64,000 bases of DNA from the IMG/VR virus record IMGVR_UViG_3300033148_003715. One strand, 5' to 3'. Made by a program: the position numbers and the translations under genes. The DNA comes from an uncultured virus (IMG/VR IMGVR_UViG_3300033148_003715). Its lineage: Duplodnaviria; Heunggongvirae; Uroviricota; Caudoviricetes. This document shows positions 9,731 through 20,478 of this stretch, in pieces (positions within the stretch are counted from its first letter, which is position 1; every line of letters starts with the position of its first letter). A model generated the notes under the pieces. The model saw only the letters and a program-made list of their open reading frames with translations. It did no database searches and had not been told where the DNA came from.

Positions 9731-10431
9731 GTCGGGACATGGGATGGGACGATAGGAGTGTTGGGAAGAAGATGGAGAAGAAGGAGGACGTCGAGCTGGA
9801 CGACATCTTCACCGAGGGGGAGGAGGCTGACGACCTGGGCCAGGACGAGGAGAAGCCGAAGAAGGCTAAGACCAAGAAGAAGCCCAAGGAGGGAAAGCCC
9901 AAGAAGAAGGCCACCAAGAAGAAGCCCAAGGAGGCCGAGGACGATCTGGACGACTTTTTCCTCGAGTATGACGAGAACGATGATCCGGTAGAACCCAAGA
10001 AGCCACCGACCAAGAAGAGGGTGAAGAAGACCAAGAAGGTGGAGCCGGAAGACGACCTCGGCCTTGACGACGCACCATGGGAAGAAGAGGCCGGCGATCC
10101 GAAGAAGGTGGGGAAGACCAAGGCTGAGGAGGTAGCGGAGTCGCTCTCGATCGACCTCTCCTCGGAGTGCCCGGTCTGCCGGAGCCTCGAGGCGTGCGAG
10201 TGCGAGGAGGAGGATCGGGCGTTCACGCGCCGCGTCAGGTTCGCGGCGGACGTGAAGGATGTGGCGCGCTGCCCTCGGTGTCAGGCTCCGCACAGCGTGC
10301 TCCACCTGCCGAGGCCGGGCTCGGGACCCGGCCCCTACAGGCTGTCCCAGTTCGTTCCCGTCTGGGGGTGTGCGGTCTGCCACCCCACAGCGCTCGCCAC
10401 CGTCCTCCTCGCGCAGGGACGCGGTCGGTAG
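9727..10431 (+). CDS. Low-complexity K/E/D-rich protein with C-terminal Cys motifs
   Basis: Alternating acidic and KKPK blocks, CxxC pairs. Confidence 0.65.
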   Translation: MSRDMGWDDRSVGKKMEKKEDVELDDIFTEGEEADDLGQDEEKPKKAKTKKKPKEGKPKKKATKKKPKEAEDDLDDFFLEYDENDDPVEPKKPPTKKRVKKTKKVEPEDDLGLDDAPWEEEAGDPKKVGKTKAEEVAESLSIDLSSECPVCRSLEACECEEEDRAFTRRVRFAADVKDVARCPRCQAPHSVLHLPRPGSGPGPYRLSQFVPVWGCAVCHPTALATVLLAQGRGR

Positions 10432-11185
10432 GGGTGCCTGTCGCGGAAACAGCGGCGGCACCCCCGGGCGTGACGGCGTCCTCTCGGGTGATCCGTCCGC
10501 CGGCCAGGTGCCGGTCCGCTTCAGTCAGGGTAGTCGAGACCACCGACAGGCCGCCACTGTGACGATCGAAAAGGAGAGGCTGGTGGCGATCGTGAAGGAG
10601 ATCCTGCCCGCCGCCGAGGCCCTCGATAGGGTCGTCAGGCAGGCCGCCATGCCGAGCAGCAGCACGCTGGCCGGGATCGTCACCGCCCTCTACCCGAACG
10701 GGGCGGTCGCGATCGGGTACGGGACGTCGGCCTCCGGGAACGGGGTCGCGGTCGGGAGGCGGGTCCACGCCGGCCCCGGCATGGTCGTCGTGGATCTGGA
10801 CTGGCTCAGACAGGTCGCGGCTGCCAAGCTCGAAGGAGACCAGCAAGGAGGGTGACGTGACGTCCGAGGAGATTAGAGAAGCAGACGAGAGGGCCAGAGT
10901 CGACAGCGGGAGGCTGCGGTCGAGGCGGCGCTGCGGTCACCAGGAGGCGACGAGGAGGTGCGTGAGAGCCGACCGGCACGGCGACGACCACGTCCTCGAG
11001 CCGAGCCCGATCCAAACGCGACGCCTCGAGCATCTAAAGGTCGAGATCACATCGAGGGAGGAGATCTTTGGGCGGCTCCATCGGGAGCGCGAGGAGCTGG
11101 AGCGCCTCGAGGACGCGGCTCAGAAGGCGTGGTTGGTGTGAGTCGTGGGTTGTGGGCCTGAGGTCGGTGTAGATAGCCCGTGAAT

Positions 11186-11800
11186 TTATCCGCCCGAGCC
11201 CCAACCTCGTTTCTCAGGTGGTTTGATCAGGGCTTGACCAGGGGCCATCCCGTTCCTGATCCTCGTCAGGATCGTTGTGCGCGGTATCCCGGTCTCGCGC
11301 GCCCAGGCTCGCGCCCCCTGGGTGATTCCACGGAACGTGATCCCGCCCTTCTTCCTTGGCTTGATTGGCTCCGAGAGGGCACGGGCCACGGTCCACTCGT
11401 CCCGGTCCAGCCGGTTCCTGATCGTCCTGGACGGGATCCCGAGGCGCTCCGCCCACTCGGCTACCGTGAGGGATTCGCCGTCGTGGGTCAGGACTCGCGA
11501 CGTGCGCCGGTTCCGGGCCTGTTGTTTGGGGGTCGCCCACTTCGTGTTCCTCGGCTCGTAGTGGCTGTCGTTGTCGATCCTGTGGATGGTGGTCCCCGGG
11601 GGGCGGCGGCCCATGTCGAGCAGGAACGCTCTCGCGGATCTGCTCCAGCGGCGGCACATGCGGATCCCCCTGCCGCCGTAGTCGGCCCATGCGGGGTCGT
11701 TCGGGTTCTCGCACCTTGACTTGGCGCTCGCCCATGACGTGTACCACAAGGCTCGTCTCCCACCGACGAGCCCTCCGTGCTTCTTCTTGCTCCTAGTCAT
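11186..11800 (-). CDS. HNH-type homing endonuclease-like protein
   Basis: SRCENPNDPAWADYGGRGI...TIHRIDNDSHYEPRNTKWAT; antisense to neighbours. Confidence 0.8.
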   Translation of the reverse strand: MTRSKKKHGGLVGGRRALWYTSWASAKSRCENPNDPAWADYGGRGIRMCRRWSRSARAFLLDMGRRPPGTTIHRIDNDSHYEPRNTKWATPKQQARNRRTSRVLTHDGESLTVAEWAERLGIPSRTIRNRLDRDEWTVARALSEPIKPRKKGGITFRGITQGARAWARETGIPRTTILTRIRNGMAPGQALIKPPEKRGWGSGG

Positions 11801-11820
11801 GATTGGACCAACATACAGCA

Positions 11821-12510
11821 ATGACCAACTACCGCCCAATTTGTGATCAGTGGATTCTCGCTCGAAGCAAGTTGAAGCGCGACGAGGCCGGGAACAAGCA
11901 GACCTACTACGGTGCGTATCCGAACGGGTTCCTCCATCGCGCGAGGGAGGTGCTTGGGATCTCGACCCTCGACCCGCTCCTCCACGTGTGCGGCGGCATG
12001 GTTCGTGCGTATCCCGTCAGGGGGCTCGGTCCGCACGACAAGACCGTTGATCTTGATCCGTCCGTCAGGCCCGACTACGTCATGGACGTCAGGGAGGATT
12101 TGCCCCACTGTCCCTACGACCCGGATGGGTGGCCGGCGATCCTCGCCGATCCCCCCTACACGGAGGCCGACGCCGAGCACTACCTGGGCGGGACCGGGCA
12201 CACGGTGTTCCCGCAGCCGAACGCGCTCCTGCGACTCATGCTCGACCGAGTCAGACCCGGTGGCAGGGTGGGGATGCTCCACTACTTTTGGCCCAGGCCG
12301 CCGTCGAAGCCGATCCCGGCCCTCCACCGGGGAGTCCCCTACCTGGCGAAGATTCGACTCGTCGCCGCCGTGGGGGTCCTGGTGGGCTATGGGAATCGCA
12401 TCCGTTTGCTGTCCGTGTATGAGAAGGAAGCTCCGGTTTGCGATATCCCAAACCCAGGTCGGGTTTGTGAGGTCAGGCGGGGCGTGTTCGTCATAGAGGA
12501 GGCGTCATGA
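11821..12510 (+). CDS. Putative DNA methyltransferase
   Basis: LLHVCGG (SAM-binding-like), TVDLD, ILADPPY. Confidence 0.6.
   Translation: MTNYRPICDQWILARSKLKRDEAGNKQTYYGAYPNGFLHRAREVLGISTLDPLLHVCGGMVRAYPVRGLGPHDKTVDLDPSVRPDYVMDVREDLPHCPYDPDGWPAILADPPYTEADAEHYLGGTGHTVFPQPNALLRLMLDRVRPGGRVGMLHYFWPRPPSKPIPALHRGVPYLAKIRLVAAVGVLVGYGNRIRLLSVYEKEAPVCDIPNPGRVCEVRRGVFVIEEAS
12436..12453. repeat. 18-bp palindrome copy 2 (GTTTGCGATATCCCAAAC)
   Basis: One-mismatch variant inside a CDS 3' end. Confidence 0.95.
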
Positions 12511-12723
12511 CCAAATTCAAGTTCGATCCCAAGAAGGCAGTCAGGGAGCGGCCGAAGCCGGAGCCGATCGACCCGAGGGTGCTCGCGTCCTCGAACGTCT
12601 ACGACGCCCTCAGGGACGCGGCCGAGGAGGCGCTGAAGGTTCTGAGGGGGAGGTCGAGGGCCCACGCGAAGACTAGGGAGCGGGCGGCGAAGATCCTCGA
12701 GGACGTCTTGCGGAAGTAGTCGA

Positions 12724-12733
12724 GGGGTCTAAT
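12724..12733 (+). promoter_or_regulatory. GGGGTCTAAT motif copy 1
   Basis: Between a stop codon and GGAGG/ATG; four copies found. Confidence 0.5.
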
Positions 12734-12749
12734 CAGGCAGGAGGACAGG

Positions 12750-13160
12750 ATGGCGAAGCAGCGCAGGAGGACAGGGAAGCCACGCAGGAGGACAGGGAAG
12801 GCCAGGCACAAGCGGCCCATGGTCGAGACCTGCTCGCGCTGTTCACAGAAGAAGCCGGTCGAGTGGTGGATCCCTACCGAGCCCTGGGAGGAGAGCCCGA
12901 GGCCGATCGTCGAGGAGAAGATGGACGCAGTCTGCCGCGATTGCGTAAAGGTCTACTGGGAGGAGACGATCCCGATCCTCCGCGAGGGCGCGCTCGTCAC
13001 CAGGGTCCTCATGGTCAGGAGGGCGATCCTGACCCGCTTCGCCTCGAGACCCGATAAGGCCCGGAAGCTGGCTCTGCTCGTCGCGGGGAAGATCGGGGCC
13101 GGCGACGACCTGGATCACGTTGAGCTGGAGCGGTGGGAGGCCAAGGTGGGGGTCGAGTGA
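12750..13160 (+). CDS. Hypothetical protein
   Basis: RBS GGAGG; in-frame 21-bp repeat at the start. Confidence 0.55.
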   Translation: MAKQRRRTGKPRRRTGKARHKRPMVETCSRCSQKKPVEWWIPTEPWEESPRPIVEEKMDAVCRDCVKVYWEETIPILREGALVTRVLMVRRAILTRFASRPDKARKLALLVAGKIGAGDDLDHVELERWEAKVGVE

Positions 13161-13479
13161 GATATCCGGTGTCGAGGTGCCTGCACGGGGTCGAGGCCGT
13201 TCTGGTCGAGGAGGACGGCTATCTCGTCCCCCGGGTGGGCGAGTGCTCCAAGTGCGAGCCCGGTTCCCAGGTGGCGCTCAAGTTCAGGCCCAAGGAACCC
13301 GAGCCTCCGCCGGTAGCCGTCGTCGAGGTGCTCCCCGGGGCGACGATCTCGCCCCGCGGGGTCCGGCACCTCGTCTACGCCCGGGATGGCGACGACGTCG
13401 AGACCGTCTGCGGCTGGGAGGGCGAGGTCCACGAGGAGGGCGGTGAGGTGACGTGCAAGACCTGCCTGAGGAGGATCCC

Positions 13480-14235
13480 GTGAGGTGGGCGAGGTTCACG
13501 AAGCGAACGGATCCTCCGAAGCTGGCGTGGCTGATCAACGCCCTGGGTCGACTCGGGATCGCGTGCCGGCTCAACGGGGACTCGTTCCACGCCCCGATCC
13601 TCGAGGTCGACGAGGCCTGGTTCGACCGGGCCTGGCGGATCCTCACGCCCGTCGACGACCTCCCCGACGGCGACGTCGTGTTCGAGACCCCGTTCCGGGA
13701 GGCGTGGTGGCCCGACCTCGAGAGCCCCACCGTGGGTGCCCTCGCGGCGGGCGCGGCCCTACTGGCGAACAAGATCAGACGCTCGATCGCGTCCGGCGCG
13801 GGGTGCGCGGCCGAGGACGTGGTCCGCTATGGGTGCCCGCTCCTCACGGGCCTAGTCGAGGCGTGCCCGGCCAACCTGCTCTCCGTGTGCCGGCCCCTGA
13901 ACCGTCTCGAGGTCTTCGGCCTCGCCCTGGGCCAGGTCCTCCGGGCCGACGACGAGGAGTCGATCGCCCGCTGCGACGACCTGGTCCAGGAGTTCGAGCC
14001 CGCGCGGGGGAAGGTCGACGCATTTATCTTCGCAATCACGTTCTGTCATGTCGTCTCCTCGTGGGTGGTCGACGACCTCGGCGCGAGGCTCCGGGGGATC
14101 CGCACGGCCCGGGACCTGGTCGAGGCCGCCATGAGGGACATGGTGATCGTCGGGGACAGGGTCTCGCCCAAGAGAGCCGTGGTAGAGATCCAAGACCTGA
14201 TCGGGCTCGCGGGTGGCTCGTGTCGGCTCAACTAG
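13480..14235 (+). CDS. Hypothetical protein
   Basis: Coupled ORF. Confidence 0.6.
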   Translation: MRWARFTKRTDPPKLAWLINALGRLGIACRLNGDSFHAPILEVDEAWFDRAWRILTPVDDLPDGDVVFETPFREAWWPDLESPTVGALAAGAALLANKIRRSIASGAGCAAEDVVRYGCPLLTGLVEACPANLLSVCRPLNRLEVFGLALGQVLRADDEESIARCDDLVQEFEPARGKVDAFIFAITFCHVVSSWVVDDLGARLRGIRTARDLVEAAMRDMVIVGDRVSPKRAVVEIQDLIGLAGGSCRLN

Positions 14236-14236
14236 G

Positions 14237-14254
14237 GTTTGGGATATCGCAAAC
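14237..14254. repeat. 18-bp palindrome copy 3 (GTTTGGGATATCGCAAAC)
   Basis: Intergenic. Confidence 0.95.
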
Positions 14255-14267
14255 TCGAGGCGACGTC

Positions 14268-14633
14268 ATGATCACTGAGGGACACGAATGCCGGTACCCG
14301 GGTTGCACGATCACGACCCGAGGCGGGAAGCCGTACTGTCCCGACCACTTTGACCGGAACCCTCACGCGATCGAGGTCCTCGAGGGGATCGAGCGTATGG
14401 AGCTAGAGAAGCACAGGACCGCCACGGCGACCATGCTCGCCAAGGAGATCCGGGTCCAGCTCGCCGAGTGCGGTGGCGTCGCGACCGCCGACAGGCTCTC
14501 CCAGGACCTTCGGCTCGAGCTTAGGGTCACGACGGCCGTGCTGGGGTTCATGGCTCGGGCCGGTCAGGTCCGGCTCGGGAGGACCAACAGGGGCCGCGTG
14601 GTCGCGGCCCTCGAGAGGGGGCGACATGGGTAG
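14268..14633 (+). CDS. Hypothetical protein (zinc finger, possible winged helix)
   Basis: CRYPGC...YCPDH. Confidence 0.55.
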   Translation: MITEGHECRYPGCTITTRGGKPYCPDHFDRNPHAIEVLEGIERMELEKHRTATATMLAKEIRVQLAECGGVATADRLSQDLRLELRVTTAVLGFMARAGQVRLGRTNRGRVVAALERGRHG

Positions 14634-15177
14634 CCGCTACGGGCGGAATCAGAAGCGCCGGCACCGCGCCAGGATCGCGCAGCTCGAGCTGGACCTGGGC
14701 CGGCACAAGAGGCGTGCCGACCGGGCCGTGTCGATCGGCCGTGCCCTTGATGGGAAGCTCCGCCGCCTGATCGAGACCATCAGGATCGTCGCGTCCGACA
14801 GCGCACTTCTCCCGCCCCGTACGACCGAGCGCGACCCCCGGCCCTGCTGGAACCGCATCGTGTGGAGCGAGCCCGCGCCGGTCTCGATCCGGTTCGACGG
14901 CCCGCCGTTCGCGCCCATCGAGCGCACCGTGCTCGCGCTCAGGATCGAGGACGTCGAGGCCGTGATTCGCGACAACCCCGAGGACTTTACCAAGATCCTC
15001 CACGTGGTGATCCGGTTCCCGGACGGACACCAGAAGTACGCGCTCACCGTGGACGCGGCCAGGTTCTTCGACGTCCTACCGAACGTGCAGGAGTACGTCG
15101 CCGACGTGGTGGTCGGGACGTTCGTCGAACACGCGAGGGAACAACGACGGGTCGGACACAGGCACCCGGCCCTCTGA
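14626..15177 (+). CDS. Hypothetical protein
   Basis: Coupled ORF. Confidence 0.55.
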   Translation: MGSRYGRNQKRRHRARIAQLELDLGRHKRRADRAVSIGRALDGKLRRLIETIRIVASDSALLPPRTTERDPRPCWNRIVWSEPAPVSIRFDGPPFAPIERTVLALRIEDVEAVIRDNPEDFTKILHVVIRFPDGHQKYALTVDAARFFDVLPNVQEYVADVVVGTFVEHAREQRRVGHRHPAL

Positions 15178-15186
15178 GGAGGAAGC

Positions 15187-15720
15187 ATGATCAGCGACGA
15201 GAGATTGAGGAAGGTCTGGGAGTTCACGACCAAGACGATCTGCGAGATCGAGGACGGGAGCATGGACGCCGAGAAGGCTGACGCGAAGCTGCGCGACATT
15301 CTCTCGGAGCCCGAGGCCGACTGCCCCGCCGACTGCGAGGAGCACGAGACCTGCAAGACCGAGGTCGGGTGCGCGGAGGTCGCGCAGCGCGGCGGGTGCC
15401 TCTACGTGTTCGCCGAGCACGCCGACCCCGCGGGGCGCCCCCTCGAGGACCTGAGCGAGAAGGAGATGATCATGGCGTGCTGCCTCGCCGTCGACTACAG
15501 GCAGGGCCGGATCCTCAAGAACCGTTACGGGCCGACTCAGCCCGAGGAGGGCGAGGACCAGGAGGGCGAGGAACTTCGGCAGGCCATGATCAGGAACGCA
15601 ATCGCGACCCTGTCGGACGTAGCCCAAGCGGTGACGAGTAACCGAGGAACCGCCATGCAGAACGCGGCCCGAGTCGAGGCCGCGAAGGTGCTCCTCCAGT
15701 TCCACGGGAGGACCAGATGA
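15187..15720 (+). CDS. Hypothetical protein, paralog of 15717..16088
   Basis: Shared AVD..QG.ILKN.YGPT and RVEAAK.LL. Confidence 0.65.
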   Translation: MISDERLRKVWEFTTKTICEIEDGSMDAEKADAKLRDILSEPEADCPADCEEHETCKTEVGCAEVAQRGGCLYVFAEHADPAGRPLEDLSEKEMIMACCLAVDYRQGRILKNRYGPTQPEEGEDQEGEELRQAMIRNAIATLSDVAQAVTSNRGTAMQNAARVEAAKVLLQFHGRTR

Positions 15721-16088
15721 CGAAGGACGTGGGCGGGACCGAGCACGGCATATTCGGCGACGTGTTCGAGCACGAGGGGATCGCCTACCTGTTCGAGTCG
15801 ACCGACGACCTCGACGCCCAGGACGAGGGTAGGCTACTCAAGGAGTGCGCCTTCGCCGTTGACCTCGAGCAGGGCGAGATTCTCAAGAACTGCTACGGAC
15901 CGACGAGCGCCGCGAGGAGGGCGAGCACTATGAAGAGGACGACGGACGAGAACAGGGACGCGGAGATCGCCGCCGCCCGGGACTGTCTCCGCAAGGTTGC
16001 CGCCGGGGTCATATCCGGTCAGGGCGTCGAGTCCAGGGTCGAGGCGGCCAAGCTACTCCTCGCCCTCAACAGGAAGAAGATCCTGTGA
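15717..16088 (+). CDS. Hypothetical protein, paralog of 15187..15720
   Basis: Shared motifs, ATGA overlap. Confidence 0.65.
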   Translation: MTKDVGGTEHGIFGDVFEHEGIAYLFESTDDLDAQDEGRLLKECAFAVDLEQGEILKNCYGPTSAARRASTMKRTTDENRDAEIAAARDCLRKVAAGVISGQGVESRVEAAKLLLALNRKKIL

Positions 16089-16546
16089 TGGGCGAGGAGG
16101 GACCCCAGCAGGGTCGGGTGAGCATGAAGCGCGTGAGCCCCGCCGCGGCCGTCGGGGAGTGCTGGCTGTGCGGTCGGGGCGCGTGGTTTCATCGCTGGTT
16201 CGGCTGGCTGCTCAAGCACGACTACGACCCCCTGACCGAGATCAGCTTCGCCGAGTTCGAGCGACTCTCGAAGAAGCACGGAGGCTAGGGTGGCCGCGAG
16301 GCCCTGGAATAACTTCGGGAATCCGGTCACGTCGGCGCGTCTCGACGCGGGCGAGCGCAGCCTGAAGGAGATGCTGCCGGACGTCTCGACCGAGAAGCGC
16401 CTGAGCGTCCTGGGGTTCTTCCGTGTGCGGATCGAGCGAGACGAGCCGGCGATCCTACTTGGGGTCGGCCCTCCCGCGCCGATCGACGTGCTCGACCTGA
16501 CCGGACGCTACCGATTGCTGTCGGCCCTGCTTGCCGGAGGACCGAC

Positions 16547-16882
16547 GTGCTGACCGACGCCGAGACCAAGCTCCTTGCCAGGCTGACCCACGAGGCTCGC
16601 TGTGTGAGGTGTGGGTTCTGCTGCCTCAAGGGGACGTGCTCACACGGCAGGGCTAGTGGGCCGTGGGTCCACGACGCGGTTGACGGTTTGTCCCGAGGGG
16701 TTTGCGTTCACCTCGAGGTCAGCGAGGACCTCGGCGACGGCGTCTTTGTCTACTCATGCTCGATCCGCGACGAGATCATGGAGCGCGAGAAGGACAGCGC
16801 GTTCCCCATGTTTGGTTGCGAGTGCAGCTCGACCGTCTTCAACGACAAGCGAGAGGCCGTGAAGGCGGCCAAGAAGGACTGA
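16547..16882 (+). CDS. CxxCxxCC Cys-cluster (Zn or Fe-S) protein
   Basis: CVRCGFCC plus further Cys residues. Confidence 0.5.
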   Translation: MLTDAETKLLARLTHEARCVRCGFCCLKGTCSHGRASGPWVHDAVDGLSRGVCVHLEVSEDLGDGVFVYSCSIRDEIMEREKDSAFPMFGCECSSTVFNDKREAVKAAKKD

Positions 16883-17053
16883 CATGGACCGACAAACCCA
16901 GTACGACATCTGCACCGTACTCAACGCGCTGATCAACACCGCCACCCCGGCTGCGCTCGAGGCAATCGCGGAGGACGGGGGCGAGACCGATCAGCAGATC
17001 CACGACGCCATGGTCCGGCTGGGCGACCTGGTCGGCATGGACGCGGGGATCCT

Positions 17054-17536
17054 GTGAAGACGACGACGTGGAACTGCGACCGAGTCCAGTGCCGGGCCTC
17101 GTCTATGCACAACGGGGAGCCGCCGCCGCTCCCGATCAACTGGGTCTCCAAGCTCGGCGACAAGAAGGTGTGGGAGTGCTGCTCCGAGAAGTGCCTCGAA
17201 GAGTGCCTCCGAATCGAGACTGAGTCGATCGCGGTCGCGGACAAGGTCCACGCCATGCTCCTCGGGCACGCGCTCAACCGCTGCGTGATCCCGTCGCCGG
17301 CCCAGGTCCAGGAGATCGAGCGCATGATCCGCGATCCCAACAGGTGTCTGGCCGTTCGGTCGTGGGAGTCGTTCTACGAGAAGCACAAGGCAGCCGAGGA
17401 GGAGAGAGCGGTAGACGACCTCCTCGAAGACGAGGATGTCAAGCCCATGAGATTCCAGCCGAGAGCCTGTGAGGAAGCTATGTGCGACGGCACCGTCTTG
17501 GCAACCTGCTCGGCGTGTGGAAGGAGTCCCGAATGA
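17054..17536 (+). CDS. Hypothetical protein
   Basis: Coupled ORF. Confidence 0.55.
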   Translation: MKTTTWNCDRVQCRASSMHNGEPPPLPINWVSKLGDKKVWECCSEKCLEECLRIETESIAVADKVHAMLLGHALNRCVIPSPAQVQEIERMIRDPNRCLAVRSWESFYEKHKAAEEERAVDDLLEDEDVKPMRFQPRACEEAMCDGTVLATCSACGRSPE

Positions 17537-17799
17537 CCATGCTCGACGAGCCCGACTACCTGGCGACCCAGGCGCAGATCCAGGCGTTCGCGGGACTCCT
17601 CAAGGGGATCCCGTTGGACGCGTTCCTCAATACGCTGAACCGCGCCGACACCGTGGGGGCGTTCGTGGACCCGACGTTATACAGGTCCGCGCTTCAATCC
17701 GGGAAACTAGACCTAGTCAAGGACGTTGCCGAGGCGCTCTGCGAGGCGCAGAGGAAGATCGCCAAGGCCGAGGAGCGGTTCGAGGTGAGGTCGACGTGA
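17533..17799 (+). CDS. Hypothetical protein
   Basis: AGGAG RBS, ATGA overlap. Confidence 0.6.
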   Translation: MTMLDEPDYLATQAQIQAFAGLLKGIPLDAFLNTLNRADTVGAFVDPTLYRSALQSGKLDLVKDVAEALCEAQRKIAKAEERFEVRST

Positions 17800-17810
17800 C
17801 GTTCGGGGAA

Positions 17811-17828
17811 GTTTGGGATATCGCAAAC
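17811..17828. repeat. 18-bp palindrome copy 4 (GCAAAC variant)
   Basis: Intergenic. Confidence 0.95.
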
Positions 17829-18206
17829 CCGGAGAAGACGACGTGAGTCGCAAGGGCGTCGTCCACTTCGGGAGCGGTCAGAAGCCGGTCTGTCGCAGGA
17901 AGCCGTTTGTCTACTTTGCGTGGGCGACCAGGAAGCTCGACGGGGTGACGTGCCGGCGGTGCCTGGCTTGGCTGGAGAAGAACGCGGCGAGGTTCAAGAC
18001 GCTCGAGTTTACCGTTCGCCCGACTCAGGGTGCGGCCTGCATGGCGACGTCAATGGTCCCGAAGGGGTGTCGGTTCGTCAGCATGGACCGCCGAGGGACC
18101 AGGGTGACGGTCACCTACGAGATCGAGCCCGGTGAGGAAGAGGAAGACATGGACGCTTTCGTTGACGGCGCGCTCGGCGCGGCGGCGATCCACACGGGAG
18201 ACTGAG

Positions 18207-19097
18207 ATGACGTTCGAAGAGTTCTGGGCCGACTACAGCGAGAAGCTACTCGAGCCCGAGGCTTGCGAGAAGATCGCTCGCGACGCCTGGGAGGCCCACG
18301 AGATCGAGGCCGACGTGGAGGCCGTCATGGAGGGGTCGGAGTCCATGCGGTTGACGGAGCCCATGGACCTTGAGGAGTGGCGGAAGATGATCTTCGCCGA
18401 GTCCGAGCCGCACGACGTGGAGGTGACCGTGAACGGGCAGCCCTACCTACTCAAGAACGTCACGATCAAGACCGAGATCGGAGACGTGGTCCAGGACGGG
18501 GCCGACGTGGACGTGGTGACGGTCGAGCTACCAGAGGTCAGTCTCGAGCCAGTGACCAAGGTCAAACACCGCGACGGGTTCAAGGCTACCTGGGCAGACA
18601 TGCCTAAGTACGAAGACCTCGACCCGAAGCCGACGCCGGGCTGTCAGGTCTGCGACGAGGACATGGCGTGCGGGTACTGCATGGCCGACCGCATGAACGA
18701 CGCCGCGAGGGCAATCCGATCAAAGCAGTCTGACGAGATCCGCAGGCACAACGCGGTCAGACCCCTGAGTCGGGAGAAGTGGGGGCGACTCTGTCGCGAG
18801 GTTGAGAAGTTGATCTGGGCTAGGAGCAACTTGAAGATCAAGTCGACGACGGCGCTCGCCGAAGCCGTCGCGGGTCTCGTGGCCCGTACGGTGCGTGGCG
18901 AGCGCGAGTCTGAGCCGATCGAGGGGCCGGTCAAGAAGACCCTCGAGGAGAGGGTCGAGGAGTTCGCCGAGTGGATCGTCGGTCTCGACCACCTCGAGAA
19001 CGACAAGGCGATCGAGCTACTCGGGGACGCGATTTGCATTCACTGCGGGTGTCGGCACCCGACGGGCGGTCCCTGCCGGTGCTGGGACGACGACTAG
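18207..19097 (+). CDS. Hypothetical protein
   Basis: Long ORF with typical codon use. Confidence 0.6.
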   Translation: MTFEEFWADYSEKLLEPEACEKIARDAWEAHEIEADVEAVMEGSESMRLTEPMDLEEWRKMIFAESEPHDVEVTVNGQPYLLKNVTIKTEIGDVVQDGADVDVVTVELPEVSLEPVTKVKHRDGFKATWADMPKYEDLDPKPTPGCQVCDEDMACGYCMADRMNDAARAIRSKQSDEIRRHNAVRPLSREKWGRLCREVEKLIWARSNLKIKSTTALAEAVAGLVARTVRGERESEPIEGPVKKTLEERVEEFAEWIVGLDHLENDKAIELLGDAICIHCGCRHPTGGPCRCWDDD

Positions 19098-19106
19098 GGG
19101 TCTAAT
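19097..19106 (+). promoter_or_regulatory. GGGGTCTAAT motif copy 2
   Basis: After a stop codon, before AGGAGG/ATG 19125. Confidence 0.5.
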
Positions 19107-19668
19107 CAGGTAGGAGGATTAGAGATGGGCTGGATCGGAACGGTGCGCGAGGTCACCCACTACCTGGCAACGGTCGGGGCCGACAAGAACGAGCAGGACG
19201 AGTACGCGCTCGCCGGGCCTGAGTCGCGGGCGCCCGCGACCTTCATGGGCCTGCGCGGGCCCGACGCAGAGATCGTCATACCCGACGAGGTCTGCTACTA
19301 CGTCGACGGGGAGAAGCGGGCTCTCGCGGGCGGGCTCGCCACGACCAGCATGGGCCTGAGTGGGATCGTGGTGATCTAGTGCCGCCCGATCACCAGTGCC
19401 AGCGGTGCGGGGGTGCGTTCTACGAGCAGGTAATGGCCGTCCCGATCGGCCACAATCTCGGCCACTGCCCGCCGTGTCTCGAAGAGGCCGAGCGCGAGAC
19501 GCTCCGGGTCCTGATCAAGAAGTACGCCCCACCCCCGGGGGCTAGGGTGGTGGACCTGAAACGGCTCGAGAAGATCCTCCGCCGGGAGACGTCCTGCGTG
19601 GCTGCCGAGGACGTCCCAGCTCTCATGACTGTCGTCCAGGCCGAGTGGGTCCTGGCCAAGGAGAAGCC

Positions 19669-20478
19669 ATGACGCTCGACGAGTTCATAGACGGGTTCGC
19701 CCAGTTCAGGACCGACACGACCACGCGCCCCCACTTCCAGGACCTCGACGACGTCGCCCTAGTCGACCTCTATCGGCTCTGGCTCTCCCTCGAGTCCCAC
19801 CCGGCGACGCTGAAGCAGAAGCGCACGCTATACCTGTGTCTGAAACGTGTGTGGCTCTACCACAACGAGGTCGGGCTGGTCGAGTCCCTGACCCAGGAGG
19901 AGGCGACGCGGTTGATCGGGATCGGGTTTAAGAGGCGCGACGGCGGCCTCGGGTTCAAGCCCGCGGAGGCGAGCGAGGGCGACGCCTGGATCGACGAGGC
20001 GGTCAGCCGACAGGTCGAGATCGCGGCCAGTCGACGAGAAGCGGTTGAGATCATATCCCGCCGACAGGCCGCGATTGAGCCCGCCCACTCGCACGACGAG
20101 CCCAAGGGTCCCAGGGCGGGCTGCATGGACAGCCTCGGTAATCTACCTCGGCGCCAGGCGACTTGTGGGGGTTGCGGTCGGATCAAAGACCAGCTACTCA
20201 GCGAGGGTCATGGTGCGGGCTGCAAGTTCGACTTCGACGCGCTGGAGCCGAACCTCGACGGTCCTTGTCCCAACACCGATAACGGTACCCACGACGTCGA
20301 CGTCGACGCGGACAGCGCGACGAAGACGTGCCGAGCCTGCGGGGCCTCGGGTCCGTTCAGGGTCTTCGTTCGCATCGGCAGCAAGTGCCCGACCTGCCTC
20401 GACGAGCCCGTCGACTCCTGCACGACCTGCCGCGGGACCGGCCTGGTCTGCGAGGAGGACGAGGTGAGCGGTGACTAG
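19669..20478 (+). CDS. Hypothetical Cys-rich protein
   Basis: Coupled ORF, several CxxC. Confidence 0.55.
   Translation: MTLDEFIDGFAQFRTDTTTRPHFQDLDDVALVDLYRLWLSLESHPATLKQKRTLYLCLKRVWLYHNEVGLVESLTQEEATRLIGIGFKRRDGGLGFKPAEASEGDAWIDEAVSRQVEIAASRREAVEIISRRQAAIEPAHSHDEPKGPRAGCMDSLGNLPRRQATCGGCGRIKDQLLSEGHGAGCKFDFDALEPNLDGPCPNTDNGTHDVDVDADSATKTCRACGASGPFRVFVRIGSKCPTCLDEPVDSCTTCRGTGLVCEEDEVSGD

Noticed and set aside
14237..14254. Palindrome as canonical parS or a LexA box
   Set aside because: It differs from TGTTTCACGTGAAACA in core and length, and from the SOS boxes I know; only the GTTT...AAAC ends are similar
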